NCBI GenBank assembly: GCA_977862235.1
Contig: OZ374558.1
Location: forward strand, 2,852,001 to 2,916,000
Direction of reading: 5' to 3'
DNA length: 64,000 nt
From: Dudresnaya verticillata
Lineage: Eukaryota
The notes under the pieces are model-generated. The model saw only the letters and a program-made list of their open reading frames with translations. It did no database searches and was not told the origin of the DNA. Made by a program: the position numbers and the translations under genes. Positions 9,194 to 20,351 of this stretch are shown piece by piece. Every line of letters begins with the position of its first letter. Within the stretch, counting starts at the first letter, position 1.

Positions 9194-12100
9194 ATGGACA
9201 CCGTCTTCACCGTTATCGAAAAGTCGTTGCAATGCGCCCAGTTCATATACGAATCCGTCAAGGCCGGGGAAGAAAGTGCAGAGTTGATGGCGTCGTTGAC
9301 GAGACGCATCTCCCGCTTTCACCGTAACTACTCCGAGTTTCGCAAGGGTGCTTCGTCGTCGCTTGTGCAGCAGGGTGTCGCAGACCGCATTCGAGAAGAT
9401 TTTGTCGTCATCAGCGGGGAGCTGCAGCACATCCGTAGCAAGATTGACAGGAGCGCTGCAGTCAGGAAGCTGTTTACCAACCTCAATGTTCGCGACCTCG
9501 TGCTGGGCATCGAGGCTCGATTGGACGCGCTTGAAAAGCACCTGGACATGTATGGGCTCATGGTGGACCACGGCAGCCTTCAGCGGGCGGCAGTAGAGAA
9601 GCAAGAGGCTCATTTTCAAAGGCAGCAAAACCTGCTCGAAGATGTGCTCCGCATAATACAGTCCTTGGCGGCAACCACCACAGGGTTCACTCCCGAGCAG
9701 TTGGCAGTAGTGAGAAATACGCTGAATACTGGCGCAGACGGCCATCAGGATGACGAGGAGGAGAAGGAGGTCGCTGTCATTCAGATGATTCCTAGAACGC
9801 AGGAGATAATACAGTCAAGTTGGCTATCCGAGGTCGAGAAGCACAAGGCGATGGCTAAGATTGATGAGTATCAGAAGAGTTGGAGAGTTGACTTTGATGA
9901 CCTGAAGTTTGAAACGCATCCGAAAACAAACCAATGGCTCCAAATCGGCAAGGGCGGCTTTAGCAGAGTCTTCAGGGCAAGGCTTTCGCAAGGAGGGCAA
10001 TCGAATGGCACCAATGCAGAGCAAAGTTCAGTTGGTGTCGCGGTAAAGGTTCTCGATGTGGAAGAGTCGCAGCTGCAGCAGTTCGAGCCCCATTTCTTAC
10101 GTGAGGTTCACGCGCTGATTGATCACGCGCATCCATGCATATTGCGTACATACGGGGCGATTTGGCCTGACGAGGAGAACTTTCATGCTCCGATGATTGT
10201 AACAGAAATGATGAGTTCGGACCTGAGCAAGGCTATTGGGAAACCTGCACTGGAGAGCATGAACGCGAGGAAGTCTGTTGCCCTGGACGTCGCGACCGCG
10301 TTGGAGCACTTGCATACAAAGGGGCTTGTTCACAGGGATGTGAAGCCGGAAAATGTATTGCTTCGAATTGCTGAGGACAAGGTGGACGGCAGAGCGAAGC
10401 TCAGTGACTTTGGGGTTTCGCGAAAGATTCGGACGACGAGGCAGATGTCATTGTACGCGACGAAAGGTGCTGGAGCGGGGACGATTGCTTACATGCCACC
10501 TGAAGTTTTGTTGGAGATGCAGAGATGTCCAACTCGTCGCTCGTGGGACGTGTGGAGCTTCGGACTGTTATTGTGCTTTTTGGGCGGGAGGGGAGATGGA
10601 ATGTCGATTGCTGTGGACGTGTCGAATGCATTGGAGGTATGTCGAAACGGGGAATTGGCGAGATGTGCCCGTCGGTGGGCAGAGTCGATAGGTGATATTG
10701 TGATGAGACGAGCAGCACTTGCTTGTTTGGAAGCTACGTGGGAAAAGCGAGCCACGATAGCAGCCGTTGTGGATATTTTAGCACAGGAAACTAAGGGCGA
10801 TGGGTTGTTGCAACCAGCAGACAGGAGAGAACGTGAGGATGCTGAAGCCGCTATTCAAGCACAGAACAACCGAAAATCATCTATGAGCCGTCCGAAGGGC
10901 TCTGCTTTTCGCTCGTTAACATTCAACGTTGGAGGTGTGGATGTAGATTCAACAGATGCAGCTCGTCGGGGTGGTTTGCAGCTATATGGCAGAGGAGAAA
11001 CTGATCAAGCTAAAGGCAATGAGGAGACAAAGAAGGCTGTGCGTTTCCAAAAACCCATTCTCCGCTCTCCACAGCACCCTGCAAGCCGCGAGTTATCACT
11101 TGACGAGGTGGGAGAAGATTCAACAGATGAGGCTCGCCGGGGTGGTTTGCAGCGATATGGCAAAGGAGAAATTGATCAGATTACAGGCAACGAGCAGACA
11201 AAGAAGGCTGTGCGTTTCCAAAAACCCATTCTCCGCTCTCCACGGCACTCTGCAACCCGCGAGTTATCACTTGACGAGGAAGGAAAAGGGGATCATGCGA
11301 TTCAAATCAAGAGCGGGAAGACTGTAAGGTCTGGGTTTCACTCGCTATCACTTGACAAGCGAGATGAGAATGATGGTGAAGAAGCCGAAGGTGGCAAGAC
11401 AACGGTACCTGATGCTCTCCCGGAATCTTCCCTTAGCCGACTGCGTGACTCTGTACTAGTGATTGCACGACTGCTATTGGATGAGCGATGGAAGTCTTTG
11501 GAGGAGCCCCCCTACGGACTGCTAGAGTGGAACGAGAATATTGACAATTTGCGGAAGACATGTATGTCTAAAGGTTCGGTAGACAAGCAAGGATTCGAGA
11601 GCGGACTGGCAGTTTTGAGATATGCTGCAGCACAGAGCTGGCCCTTTGTGATGCGAAACCCGATCGAACTGGCTTTCCAGATGGAGTCAAGGCTGGTCGA
11701 CATGGCTACGACTTCATGGTTGGTGAGGGAGTACTTAACGTGTCTGTTATTAGTGGCACCGAAGCCTCGCTTGCGACCGCGCGCAAGATACTGGCACTCT
11801 CCTAATGGCCGATTGCGAACCGAAATCCCTCTACGAGGATCTGCTTACGGCGTGCATTTGATTCCCAGGTCAAACAAGGCTGTCGTCACTACTACTAACA
11901 TTGCTGACGACAGAATACTGTTCATTGATCTGGATACTAGTCGCGTCACGCGGACTGTTCACGGAGATTTTAGGCGGTTTGGGTCCGCTTCGAGCGGATT
12001 CGAGGCCTTCATTCATGCAGTTTCCTTGAGCTCGGATGGAAGCCAAACTGTGTTTCGATCGGGGACTGGTACCCTGCAAGTTTTGAACACGGCTACTGGC

Positions 12101-13294
12101 GAGTTCATTAGCGAGATACCGCACAGTGCGAATGCAGAGGTACGCTGTGTTGCTTTGAGTCCAGATGGGCGACGCATTGTGGCTGCATTGGCGGACCACA
12201 CAATTGAACATTGGGACGTCGTAACTGGAAAGCCTGTTCATGTTCCGCTCCTTGGCCACACTCGAGCTATTAATGCTGTGGAGGTAAGTTCAGACGGGCG
12301 GCACGCATTTTCCGTATCAGATGATCTCACTGTTCGGGTCTGGGAACTGGGCTCCGGTGGTCAAGTCGGGGAGCCGTTTCGCGGTCATACAGGCTACGTA
12401 CTTTGCGTTGCATTGAGCCCAGACGGGCGATATATAGTCACTGGATCTGCTGACATGTCCATTCGAGTGTGGGGCATAGCTTATGGCGAGCAAGCTCGAA
12501 GCACCTTCAATGGGCATACGGATGCAGTGACTTGCGTGGTGGTAGGCCCGGATGGGCATCGCATCATATCAGGGTCATGTGACAAGACTATTCGAATCTG
12601 GGACATGAGAAATGGAAGGGCGATCGGTAGCTCAATAGTTGCTCACTCTAGAGTGGTGACGTGTCTGAAGATGAGCTCGGATGGAAGGCGAATCTTGTCC
12701 GGATCCAAAGACGGGACTGTGCGGTTTTGGGATGCAACTGACGATAAGCCGACCGGTGAGCCGGGCCAGTGCCATTCGGACAGCGTAATGAGCGTTGCGG
12801 TAAGCCCGGAAGGACGACAAATCGTGTCAAGTACGTTCGAAGGTGTGGTTGGTGTATGGGGGTTGGCTACTGGCAAGCGCGTTAGTGATCCATTCCGGAG
12901 CCGATATTTCGAAGATTCGACAGTGCAGTTCGTTAGTGAAACTGTTGCAAGGTCAGTTACCCGGATGGGGAAAGTTACGTACTGGGACGTGGGGGAACAG
13001 GAGTTGAGCGAAACGAAGGTTGGGTGGCTGACGAAGTTGAAAGGGCAAGTGAAGGGCAATGCTGTTTTGAGTAGTACTGCATCTTTGCACTCAAAGGTAT
13101 TTCAACGGGATCGACGTGTGTTGCTCCGGGGCCGTCAAGTATTTCTTGGGACTAAGAACGAGGCCGTTGCCAGCCTCCCTGCGACAGTGAATGGAAGTCG
13201 GGCATGGACGTATCATGCGTACCATGCTGAGAGCGGAATATTGGTCGTCGGTCTGAGTAGCGGGCAAGTGCTGCGATTAGAAGTTGAATGGTAG
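9194..13294 (+). CDS. 1366-aa protein: MLKL/RPW8-like N-terminal helical bundle, protein kinase (TKL-like), helical linker, about 7 WD40 repeats
   Basis: Kinase motifs IGKGGFSRV, VAVK, HRDVKPENVL, DFG, GTIAYMPPE, DVWSFG; 43-aa WD40 repeats such as GHTGYVLCVALSPDGRYIVTGSADMSIRVW; amphipathic N-terminal ~125 aa. Kinase and WD40 are secure, the MLKL-like call is by eye. Confidence 0.9.
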   Translation: MDTVFTVIEKSLQCAQFIYESVKAGEESAELMASLTRRISRFHRNYSEFRKGASSSLVQQGVADRIREDFVVISGELQHIRSKIDRSAAVRKLFTNLNVRDLVLGIEARLDALEKHLDMYGLMVDHGSLQRAAVEKQEAHFQRQQNLLEDVLRIIQSLAATTTGFTPEQLAVVRNTLNTGADGHQDDEEEKEVAVIQMIPRTQEIIQSSWLSEVEKHKAMAKIDEYQKSWRVDFDDLKFETHPKTNQWLQIGKGGFSRVFRARLSQGGQSNGTNAEQSSVGVAVKVLDVEESQLQQFEPHFLREVHALIDHAHPCILRTYGAIWPDEENFHAPMIVTEMMSSDLSKAIGKPALESMNARKSVALDVATALEHLHTKGLVHRDVKPENVLLRIAEDKVDGRAKLSDFGVSRKIRTTRQMSLYATKGAGAGTIAYMPPEVLLEMQRCPTRRSWDVWSFGLLLCFLGGRGDGMSIAVDVSNALEVCRNGELARCARRWAESIGDIVMRRAALACLEATWEKRATIAAVVDILAQETKGDGLLQPADRREREDAEAAIQAQNNRKSSMSRPKGSAFRSLTFNVGGVDVDSTDAARRGGLQLYGRGETDQAKGNEETKKAVRFQKPILRSPQHPASRELSLDEVGEDSTDEARRGGLQRYGKGEIDQITGNEQTKKAVRFQKPILRSPRHSATRELSLDEEGKGDHAIQIKSGKTVRSGFHSLSLDKRDENDGEEAEGGKTTVPDALPESSLSRLRDSVLVIARLLLDERWKSLEEPPYGLLEWNENIDNLRKTCMSKGSVDKQGFESGLAVLRYAAAQSWPFVMRNPIELAFQMESRLVDMATTSWLVREYLTCLLLVAPKPRLRPRARYWHSPNGRLRTEIPLRGSAYGVHLIPRSNKAVVTTTNIADDRILFIDLDTSRVTRTVHGDFRRFGSASSGFEAFIHAVSLSSDGSQTVFRSGTGTLQVLNTATGEFISEIPHSANAEVRCVALSPDGRRIVAALADHTIEHWDVVTGKPVHVPLLGHTRAINAVEVSSDGRHAFSVSDDLTVRVWELGSGGQVGEPFRGHTGYVLCVALSPDGRYIVTGSADMSIRVWGIAYGEQARSTFNGHTDAVTCVVVGPDGHRIISGSCDKTIRIWDMRNGRAIGSSIVAHSRVVTCLKMSSDGRRILSGSKDGTVRFWDATDDKPTGEPGQCHSDSVMSVAVSPEGRQIVSSTFEGVVGVWGLATGKRVSDPFRSRYFEDSTVQFVSETVARSVTRMGKVTYWDVGEQELSETKVGWLTKLKGQVKGNAVLSSTASLHSKVFQRDRRVLLRGRQVFLGTKNEAVASLPATVNGSRAWTYHAYHAESGILVVGLSSGQVLRLEVEW
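10946..11279 (+). repeat. In-frame internal tandem duplication (171-nt period, 2 copies) in the kinase-WD40 gene
   Basis: STD(A/E)ARRGGLQxYG...TKKAVRFQKPILRSP...RELSLDE occurs twice; copies start at 10946 and 11117. Confidence 0.95.
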
Positions 13295-15870
13295 AACACT
13301 GAGACGACCACGGTCTGACGAGCGACACAGAAAAGTCGCCCGTCTAGCATATTATGGCATACCTGATCTGCGTCTACAGTTTGCAATGAGGCCACGGCTC
13401 TTTTCGGTGTTGATGCCACGGGAGGCGACTTAGCTTGGCAGAAACGGAAGCAAGAGCGTGGTACCACGCCCCCTCGCTCGTCGGCTCGGCGTTCCGCCAT
13501 CCGCGAAGCTCGCTGTGGAAGGCAGCTGCTGTGGTCGGGTGACAAGGGCGGGGCAGAAAGTGTGCCCGGCAGCACTGAGCGCACAAGAACGGCGTCGTCA
13601 TGCTTCCTGGCGGCGCACTCAAACGCTTGGGCCTCCTCCGCTTGCCAACGCAACGGGCCTCGACAAGTGGCAAGCAGCGCAGCGCACCGTGAAGACTTCC
13701 AAGAGCTTCGAGCTGGGCGGATGGTGGTGCGCGAGAAGACGCGGACGCGGATCGCGCACGGGTCGCGTGGGATCGCGTGGGATTGCGTGGGAATCGCGAT
13801 GGACGTCCTGTTTGCGATGGCGAACGGCGTTGGGTGAGAATACCATGCAGCAATGCATCACCGCTCAGAGAACGCGAAGGATTAACAAAAAAACAGAAAA
13901 GCTGTGTCTCCGGTTGGTAAACCACGAGGTTTCGGGGCGTCTTCAGGAGGACTTTTCTTTTATTGAACGCAACTTGGACGCAACTTGGTTATCGCGGAAA
14001 GTTGTAATCTCACGTCGACAGCACTGCATGCTGTGACGGTTGAGACCGAGGGTGGGCTCCGATGCTCTTGAAATTTCCTTGGGTGTGTGTGAACTGATGG
14101 TGGACCTGAGCAATACCCAGGCAACGCGCAACTTCTGATCGGCGCGGCAATCCCCACTCCACCCCACGTGCCGTCTCAAGATAAATAGCCTCCAGCCATA
14201 TGGCTTTCGGCACTTGGGTTGATTCCATCCGTTGCCAAGCGCATCATTAGTCCAGGTCTACGAGTTGATATTTGTCCTAGCCTCTTTCGTCAAGCTCAAA
14301 TTGGAACCGATTTGCTTCTTGGCCCGGATCTATTTCCGATGTCGGTGCAACATGTCCTTGTTGTGATGGTAAACCTTTATTGGTTGTTTTATGTGTTCCC
14401 GCTCGGACCGTTCTGCGACTGATGAGTGAATTATTCTCCGCAATACTGCGGACAGATTCGCAGTCACAGTCGTGAGCTTTTCTATAGCGATAATGTCATG
14501 CACATACGTGTAGAATGCGTTAGAGCAAATCGGTATAGCGCAGACATGGCTGTTTAACAATGGGGGATGAAGGGGGAAAGTGATACAATCAAAGCGAGTG
14601 TGAGTTAACAGTACTGCGACTCGATGGTTACGCATGGGCACCGGGAGGAAAGGGTAGGCTTTTGTTACGACACCAGCCTAATGGTTACATGAGGTATGCA
14701 AGTGTGTGTGACATGGGTGCATTTGGTTGTTCATCACTGGGGCGATTATGGAAGATTTCGGAGCAGTGTTTTTCCCAGTAATTTACGTACCGGACATGGT
14801 GTTACGGTTTGGTATGGGGTGGAAGGCAGATCCTGTGGGTAGAGGTGAGCGATTCCACGGCAGACCGTCGACGCACGGAAACGCATTAGTGAAGTAGAAT
14901 GAATAGACACCTACGGAAGTAGACGATGGGCGGTTGAGAAACGAACAAGCTTTACAAGCGTTACACTCAGGCGCCTGCACATGTTGTATACGATAGTTGC
15001 GGATCGGATTACCTCTTCGATTACATTAATCGATTAAGGCAACGACAAAAACAACCCAGTCGCACTGGTTGCGAAGCGCAGGTCACAGCACGCGGCACGG
15101 TATAAGAACTAACAGGAGACGGCTGGGGAAGCATAGCGGTCGGCAGAGCAACCCTTCAAGTGGTATATCAATTTAGTGGCCGGTGATGAGAACAAAGATG
15201 AACGCTTTAATCTGACACGTGAACTCTGTGATGTTAAACACAATTCGACACTCTGAGGCCTCCGTCGCTGCGCCCTAGCCACCGCGACGACGCACAGTTG
15301 GAAACGGACGCGTCGGTGTCACTACCGATGGAAAGGATTCAAGAAGAGTTACGGCCAGGCCAACCCCTCGCGAGTCGTGGAAGAAGTGCGCTATTGGCGC
15401 GTAGTAGTCTCGCGGCATGCCCCTGCGCATTGATGCTCACATGCCACGGTCAAGCGCTTCTCCGACCTCTCATCTATCTTCATCCTCTGCCTTACCATTC
15501 ACAACAACAATGTCTTCCCGCTCGCGCGCCGCCGCGCACTTCAGCACAGCAAGCACCCCCAGATACGATGAGGTGGCCCGCATGTGCTTCGCGCCGCCGT
15601 ACGGGTCCCTCCCGTGCCGAGTAGCCACATCGCAACATGCCCAAGTCTCTTCCACCCTGTCCTCGTCATCTGCACCACCACAACCCCCCGCGCCGCCGCT
15701 ATGGTTAGCAAGGGTACAGTCCACAACACCAGCGCGAGACTATCTCTCTCCCCCTCCCGCGTGCGCAAGTTCACCACGCCACACAGTAGCACAGCCAACA
15801 AAACCCAGTTAACCCCCGCTACCGCCCATCCACTCCACCACCCCTCCCGGGACCCTCCCCACACTCCATC

Positions 15871-16995
15871 ATGCGTCCCAACACCCCACGTCGCGAGCTC
15901 CCCCCACTCTACTGCCTCGCCCACACCCTTCTTCTGGTCCTCATGCTCTCCTTAACAGCTGCCGATCCCACCGCGCCGCACCTCCCGCTATTAGTCCTCC
16001 CCCCACTCCCGTATTCACTCCCAGTACTAGACAGCCCCACTCCCGTCCTCCTCCCGATCCACCGCGTCACGGCTCCGACACCATCCCCTGCCTCATCGCG
16101 CCAAGGCCGCACGCTCGACCCGTGTCGCAATCCCACTAACTCTACCATCACCAACTGCCTCGCGCCGAGGTCCTGCCTCTCCATCACGCGTGGCTCGCGC
16201 GGTGCTCCCTGCCATCTCTCCCCGCTGTTCGCAGCCTGCGTCTGCCTCCCACCCTCCCCACATCCCTGTCCGTGCCGCACCCCCGGCGAGACATGCGCCA
16301 TCTCCTTCTTCGACCAGCGTCCTGCCTGCGCCTCGAGCAAGGCCGTGCGTGTACTGCCATTCCTCGCGCCATTCCGCACACCGCCCCCACCGCCGACATT
16401 CGCCCCATCGCCGGGAGCAAAGAAAAGCCTCACACTCGACCCGTGCGCGGAAGACGCCGACTGCGCCGGCGTGCGCCGCTGCCTCTTTATCGCTTCCTTC
16501 CTGCAGTCTGCCACGCGCGCGTGCAGCAGCGACGCTGACGAGCCGTGCGTGTGCCTGTCGCTCGTCACGCCGCTATGCTTCGTACATACAGACTGCGAGG
16601 AGGGCGAGCGCTGCGCCGAGACGCCATTCATCGACGTGCTGCCGGACGCGGCTGCCATGTGCGTTTCGGCGGGCGCTGGGGATGTACCCGGCGTGAGGCT
16701 CATACCAGACAACCCCCGTGCTGCGGGGCTCACTCTCGAGTCGTGCTCGACGTCGCGGGATTGTGCCGGGGAACGCTTGTGCGTCCTCTTTGGAATCGGC
16801 CAGATGGACGTGGCTTGCTCCTCCTTCCGCCCACGTCCGTGTATTTGCGCCCCATCGAGACCACCTTTTTGTGAGAGCAGTGAAGAGTGTGCCGTGGGCG
16901 AGGTCTGTGCGTATACTAAGATGTCGCCAAGGAGTCTTTGTGTCGCGAAGAGGGTCGAGGCTCGATTCAAACGGATACAGGCTGTCGATCCTTAG
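15871..16995 (+). CDS. Probable secreted protein with a Pro-rich stalk and three 10-cysteine repeats
   Basis: Hydrophobic N-terminus (LAHTLLLVLMLSLTAA); three modules TL(D/E)xC..C..RxC..C..CxC..C..C..GExCA..C. Confidence 0.8.
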   Translation: MRPNTPRRELPPLYCLAHTLLLVLMLSLTAADPTAPHLPLLVLPPLPYSLPVLDSPTPVLLPIHRVTAPTPSPASSRQGRTLDPCRNPTNSTITNCLAPRSCLSITRGSRGAPCHLSPLFAACVCLPPSPHPCPCRTPGETCAISFFDQRPACASSKAVRVLPFLAPFRTPPPPPTFAPSPGAKKSLTLDPCAEDADCAGVRRCLFIASFLQSATRACSSDADEPCVCLSLVTPLCFVHTDCEEGERCAETPFIDVLPDAAAMCVSAGAGDVPGVRLIPDNPRAAGLTLESCSTSRDCAGERLCVLFGIGQMDVACSSFRPRPCICAPSRPPFCESSEECAVGEVCAYTKMSPRSLCVAKRVEARFKRIQAVDP

Positions 16996-18581
16996 CCACG
17001 ATTAACAAGGCAACTAAGTACGGTATTAGCCGCGCCAATACCAATAACAGCGGTAGGTTAACAATAACGTGTCCGGGCGACCTAGCGCCCTTCGAACCCT
17101 ACCATAAAGTTCCCCATCTCTCTAGTGTATGGTGTTGAGCGGCCATGCGTGCTTGCGTGCTTGCAGGCTGTGTATAGCAGTGCCATTAACTGATCTGTAC
17201 TGTGGGTCTTGATCATATGACCCATTCCCAGGGTCAATGCATAGGTTTAAGTAAAGGTCTTGCACCACTCGTCGATCATATGTACAAGGGGTTTTGCTCA
17301 AATGGCAGAACTCTCTTCTCATTTGTATTGGCAAGGTATCCCTTCTCACCCTCCTACGTCCTTCGTGCTGTAGTGTGTCACGGTCTCAGTGAGCAGACGT
17401 AAGCTTGTACCACTGAGTTTGAAACAGTGAAGGGGTGCTTGCTAGTTTGTTGTTGTTTTAGTGGATCTTTTTGAGGAAATGGTACATTCGGATTTCTTTC
17501 TGTTGGACACCCCGCAGCTTTCCTTCAATCACAAAATCGCCTTTTTGCAAACTGCAGATGATTTTCTTGTTGCGAAGGACTCCTGTAGCGCGTTACACTG
17601 CTTTCCCCAATGCCTTTTGGTTACAATCCCTGGCGTCTTGTTGTTGCGAACAACCACTTGTTCCGAAGCTTTGGAGCAAAGGCGTCATCCTCAACAAGGA
17701 GCCATCTACAACCAGGAGCCCTCCCCCAACAAGAAAATGAAACGCGGCGGGGAGAACAGGTGCCAGTCTCATGCATTGGGTGCAGCTTGGGTGGACTTTT
17801 CTCTGTCATTTTCCAACGTCTATGCCTTTACCTATCGCAGATCCCTCGCTTGCCAGATTTCAGGATCCAGCAATGTTCACATTGTTGTCTATCCTGCATT
17901 GAGATTCTTGTGCTTCCTTTCTCGTCAATGTCGAAGTCCCATGGGGCAAGTATGCACTGGATGTTAAAATCGAAAAGCTACGAGCGAATATAGACCCGTA
18001 TCGTAGCGGAAATAGATCGGCGTTGAACCGCTTTTGTTAAAAACGAGTAGAGATTATGAGGTACAGGTGTTCATTGGGCTGCTCAAATGGAAATCTGTTC
18101 CACCCAGTACTCAACTTCTCCATCCTAATGACGAAGCTGAGCCGCTGGCTATATTACTGGAGCCCGCCAAATAGCGGTGCACAGAAGCCGGAAGCCTTGA
18201 ACAGTATGAGACACAGATACAAAACCCTCACAGAGGGGTTGCTCAAAAAGGAGTTGTACCTGCATCTCGCACTCTCACGTTGCAATGTTCGCGGCTGGCG
18301 AGAAAATATCGTTGTTGATACAACATGAACAACGGATGTGCATGACAAGACGTCGACGACATAGCGAGAGGGAACGCTATTTGGTATATTCGAGCAGCTG
18401 TCAGGCAATAATCACTCGCTCTTGAGCCTGCCCAATTACTCTTACCAGTCTTTCCGGTCCGGAAACGCGATGATTGCTTCTTCTTCAGGATATATATGGC
18501 CATCCCAAGTCCTCTTCGTCAGCGGAATGGGCCATCCTGTAGGGCGAACTTCTGTTTGCTCCATGCGATCTTAGTCTCTCA

Positions 18582-19937
18582 ATGATCGAGAGGAACGTTC
18601 TCACCTACCCAGGAGCAACCTCCGGCTTCAACTGGCGCCCCGAGAGCAATGTGATTCACTCCTTCGCGGTTGGGGCGTTTGCCACTCTTATAGCATACCA
18701 AGCTACTGCAATCGTGTTTGATCTCTTCCTCAGCACAAAAAAACGCGGAAAACCTCGGGCTACTGACATCGGGTCGCTTCTTTTGGCTGAAGAAGCTTCA
18801 ATACTTTCACTTTGCGCGACCTTCTTTCCAGGAAGCCGATTTTCCACCTGGAAGTTTCATGGTTTTCGAAAGAAGAATGTTGACTGTGCTCCAAAACGTA
18901 CGAGATTCCCTGTGCTCGTTGTTTCAAAGCTCCTGCTGCTCGTGGTGACTGCGCCGTTGTTGAATATTGCAACTGTCATTCTAAGTTTGGAGCAGGATCA
19001 TGTCGCATCTTTTGCCGATGTCAACTTTGGCGGAATTGCGGTCGGGATGAGCTCAAATAAATCACAAAGATACAGCGGTGGCAATCGTCTCTGTTCCCCA
19101 CACCCAACCAGGTATGGAAAACTGGACTCAAAGATGACCGAAGTATTCATTTGTCTGCATGCTACTAGTGAGGAGTTGCCTTCAAAATTCTCGGAGGGTG
19201 CTACAGCGACGTTAAGTCTTAGCCGGAATGTTGAAAATAATGCCCCTATCGACGGGATTGTTGCAGAGTTCAAGAACGAAACTTTTACGTACCGTCTATA
19301 CTTCCATGTGAATTTGGCTGTTGAGAATGAACTATACAGCTTGCGCTCAATAATATCTGCAGAGGATGGAGCTTCAATCCTTGCACACCGAGCATTGCTA
19401 TTTTCTACCGGTTGCTCCGCATTCACGGCTTTCCCTACAATTGTTGATTTCAATCAGACTTTCTCCGTCAACACAGCTGAGCGCTGGAAGGTTTCGCAAA
19501 ATCTGGCATGCCCGGGATACACCACTTCGGGGATTTCTGGTGCAACTTTAGCCATGATCAGCAGGCTTTCTATCGTCAATTCGGACATGCTCGAGGTTTT
19601 GAAAATATCAGGCAATGATAGCCTGCAAACCACGAAAAGTTCATACGTTTCAGGTGACAATTTTCCTCTGATTCGAAGAAGAAGAAGCATTGCATTTTTC
19701 GTTCCTTTGGGAATGTCTGCTGCCTCTTTGTTTATTCTCCGAATAATTGTGTACAAGTTTACAAATAACGAAGTGCATAAGTGCAGTGAGATGCTTCTCA
19801 AAGAAAGGCTTGGGTTGAAAATGTTTGACTCTCTCTTGCAAAACTCTAGAAATGTTTGCCACAGTTGGTTCATGGGTTTCAGGGAGGAGACAAAGTTCTA
19901 TGACTTCGACGAATCCAAGAGAATAGCGTGGGAGTAG
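18582..19937 (+). CDS. Uncharacterised membrane protein (~3 TM), paralog of 20352-21785
   Basis: 451-aa ORF sharing blocks with its neighbour: FAVGAFATLIAYQATAIVFD, LLLVVTAPLLNIATVILSLE, LIRRRR...LRII...NNEV. Confidence 0.8.
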   Translation: MIERNVLTYPGATSGFNWRPESNVIHSFAVGAFATLIAYQATAIVFDLFLSTKKRGKPRATDIGSLLLAEEASILSLCATFFPGSRFSTWKFHGFRKKNVDCAPKRTRFPVLVVSKLLLLVVTAPLLNIATVILSLEQDHVASFADVNFGGIAVGMSSNKSQRYSGGNRLCSPHPTRYGKLDSKMTEVFICLHATSEELPSKFSEGATATLSLSRNVENNAPIDGIVAEFKNETFTYRLYFHVNLAVENELYSLRSIISAEDGASILAHRALLFSTGCSAFTAFPTIVDFNQTFSVNTAERWKVSQNLACPGYTTSGISGATLAMISRLSIVNSDMLEVLKISGNDSLQTTKSSYVSGDNFPLIRRRRSIAFFVPLGMSAASLFILRIIVYKFTNNEVHKCSEMLLKERLGLKMFDSLLQNSRNVCHSWFMGFREETKFYDFDESKRIAWE

Positions 19938-20351
19938 GATAATACTTCGTATCCGGCCAGCCGGAACAAACTAAATCTGAGTAGTGTAGATTATGGATGA
20001 CTGCTACAGTTGAGCACTCGACGCAATTCAGAAAAGAAAATTCTGCCGCAAGTTTATGGAAAGTGTTGAGCTTGTTCAGTGACGAGGAAACAGTTGTCGT
20101 GACATCCAACAAAGTAACCCGCAATGTGGCTAGTGTCTGCTCCGTATCACACAACTTAGCTGCGACTGCGTCGCTGAGCAGAAAGAAGTTCAAAAAGACT
20201 TGAGGTCTGCTAGTACCAGGATCATAACCCTCCTGGCAAAAACACTCTCCACTCCTTCAAAGCCAGCACATGCTCTCGATTCTTCTTGATCTCTGCTTGA
20301 TATTTATTCAGCTGTTAGAACTCCTGCGTATTTTATGCTAAGTGGTACTCG

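Noticed and set aside
14415..14470. Hammerhead ribozyme core CTGATGA (also at ~47894)
   Set aside because: No correctly placed GAAA or closing stems
17400..18500. Short ORFs here and at 22.0-24.0 kb and 32.4-33.4 kb
   Set aside because: No recognisable motifs; cannot separate decayed genes from chance ORFs without searches
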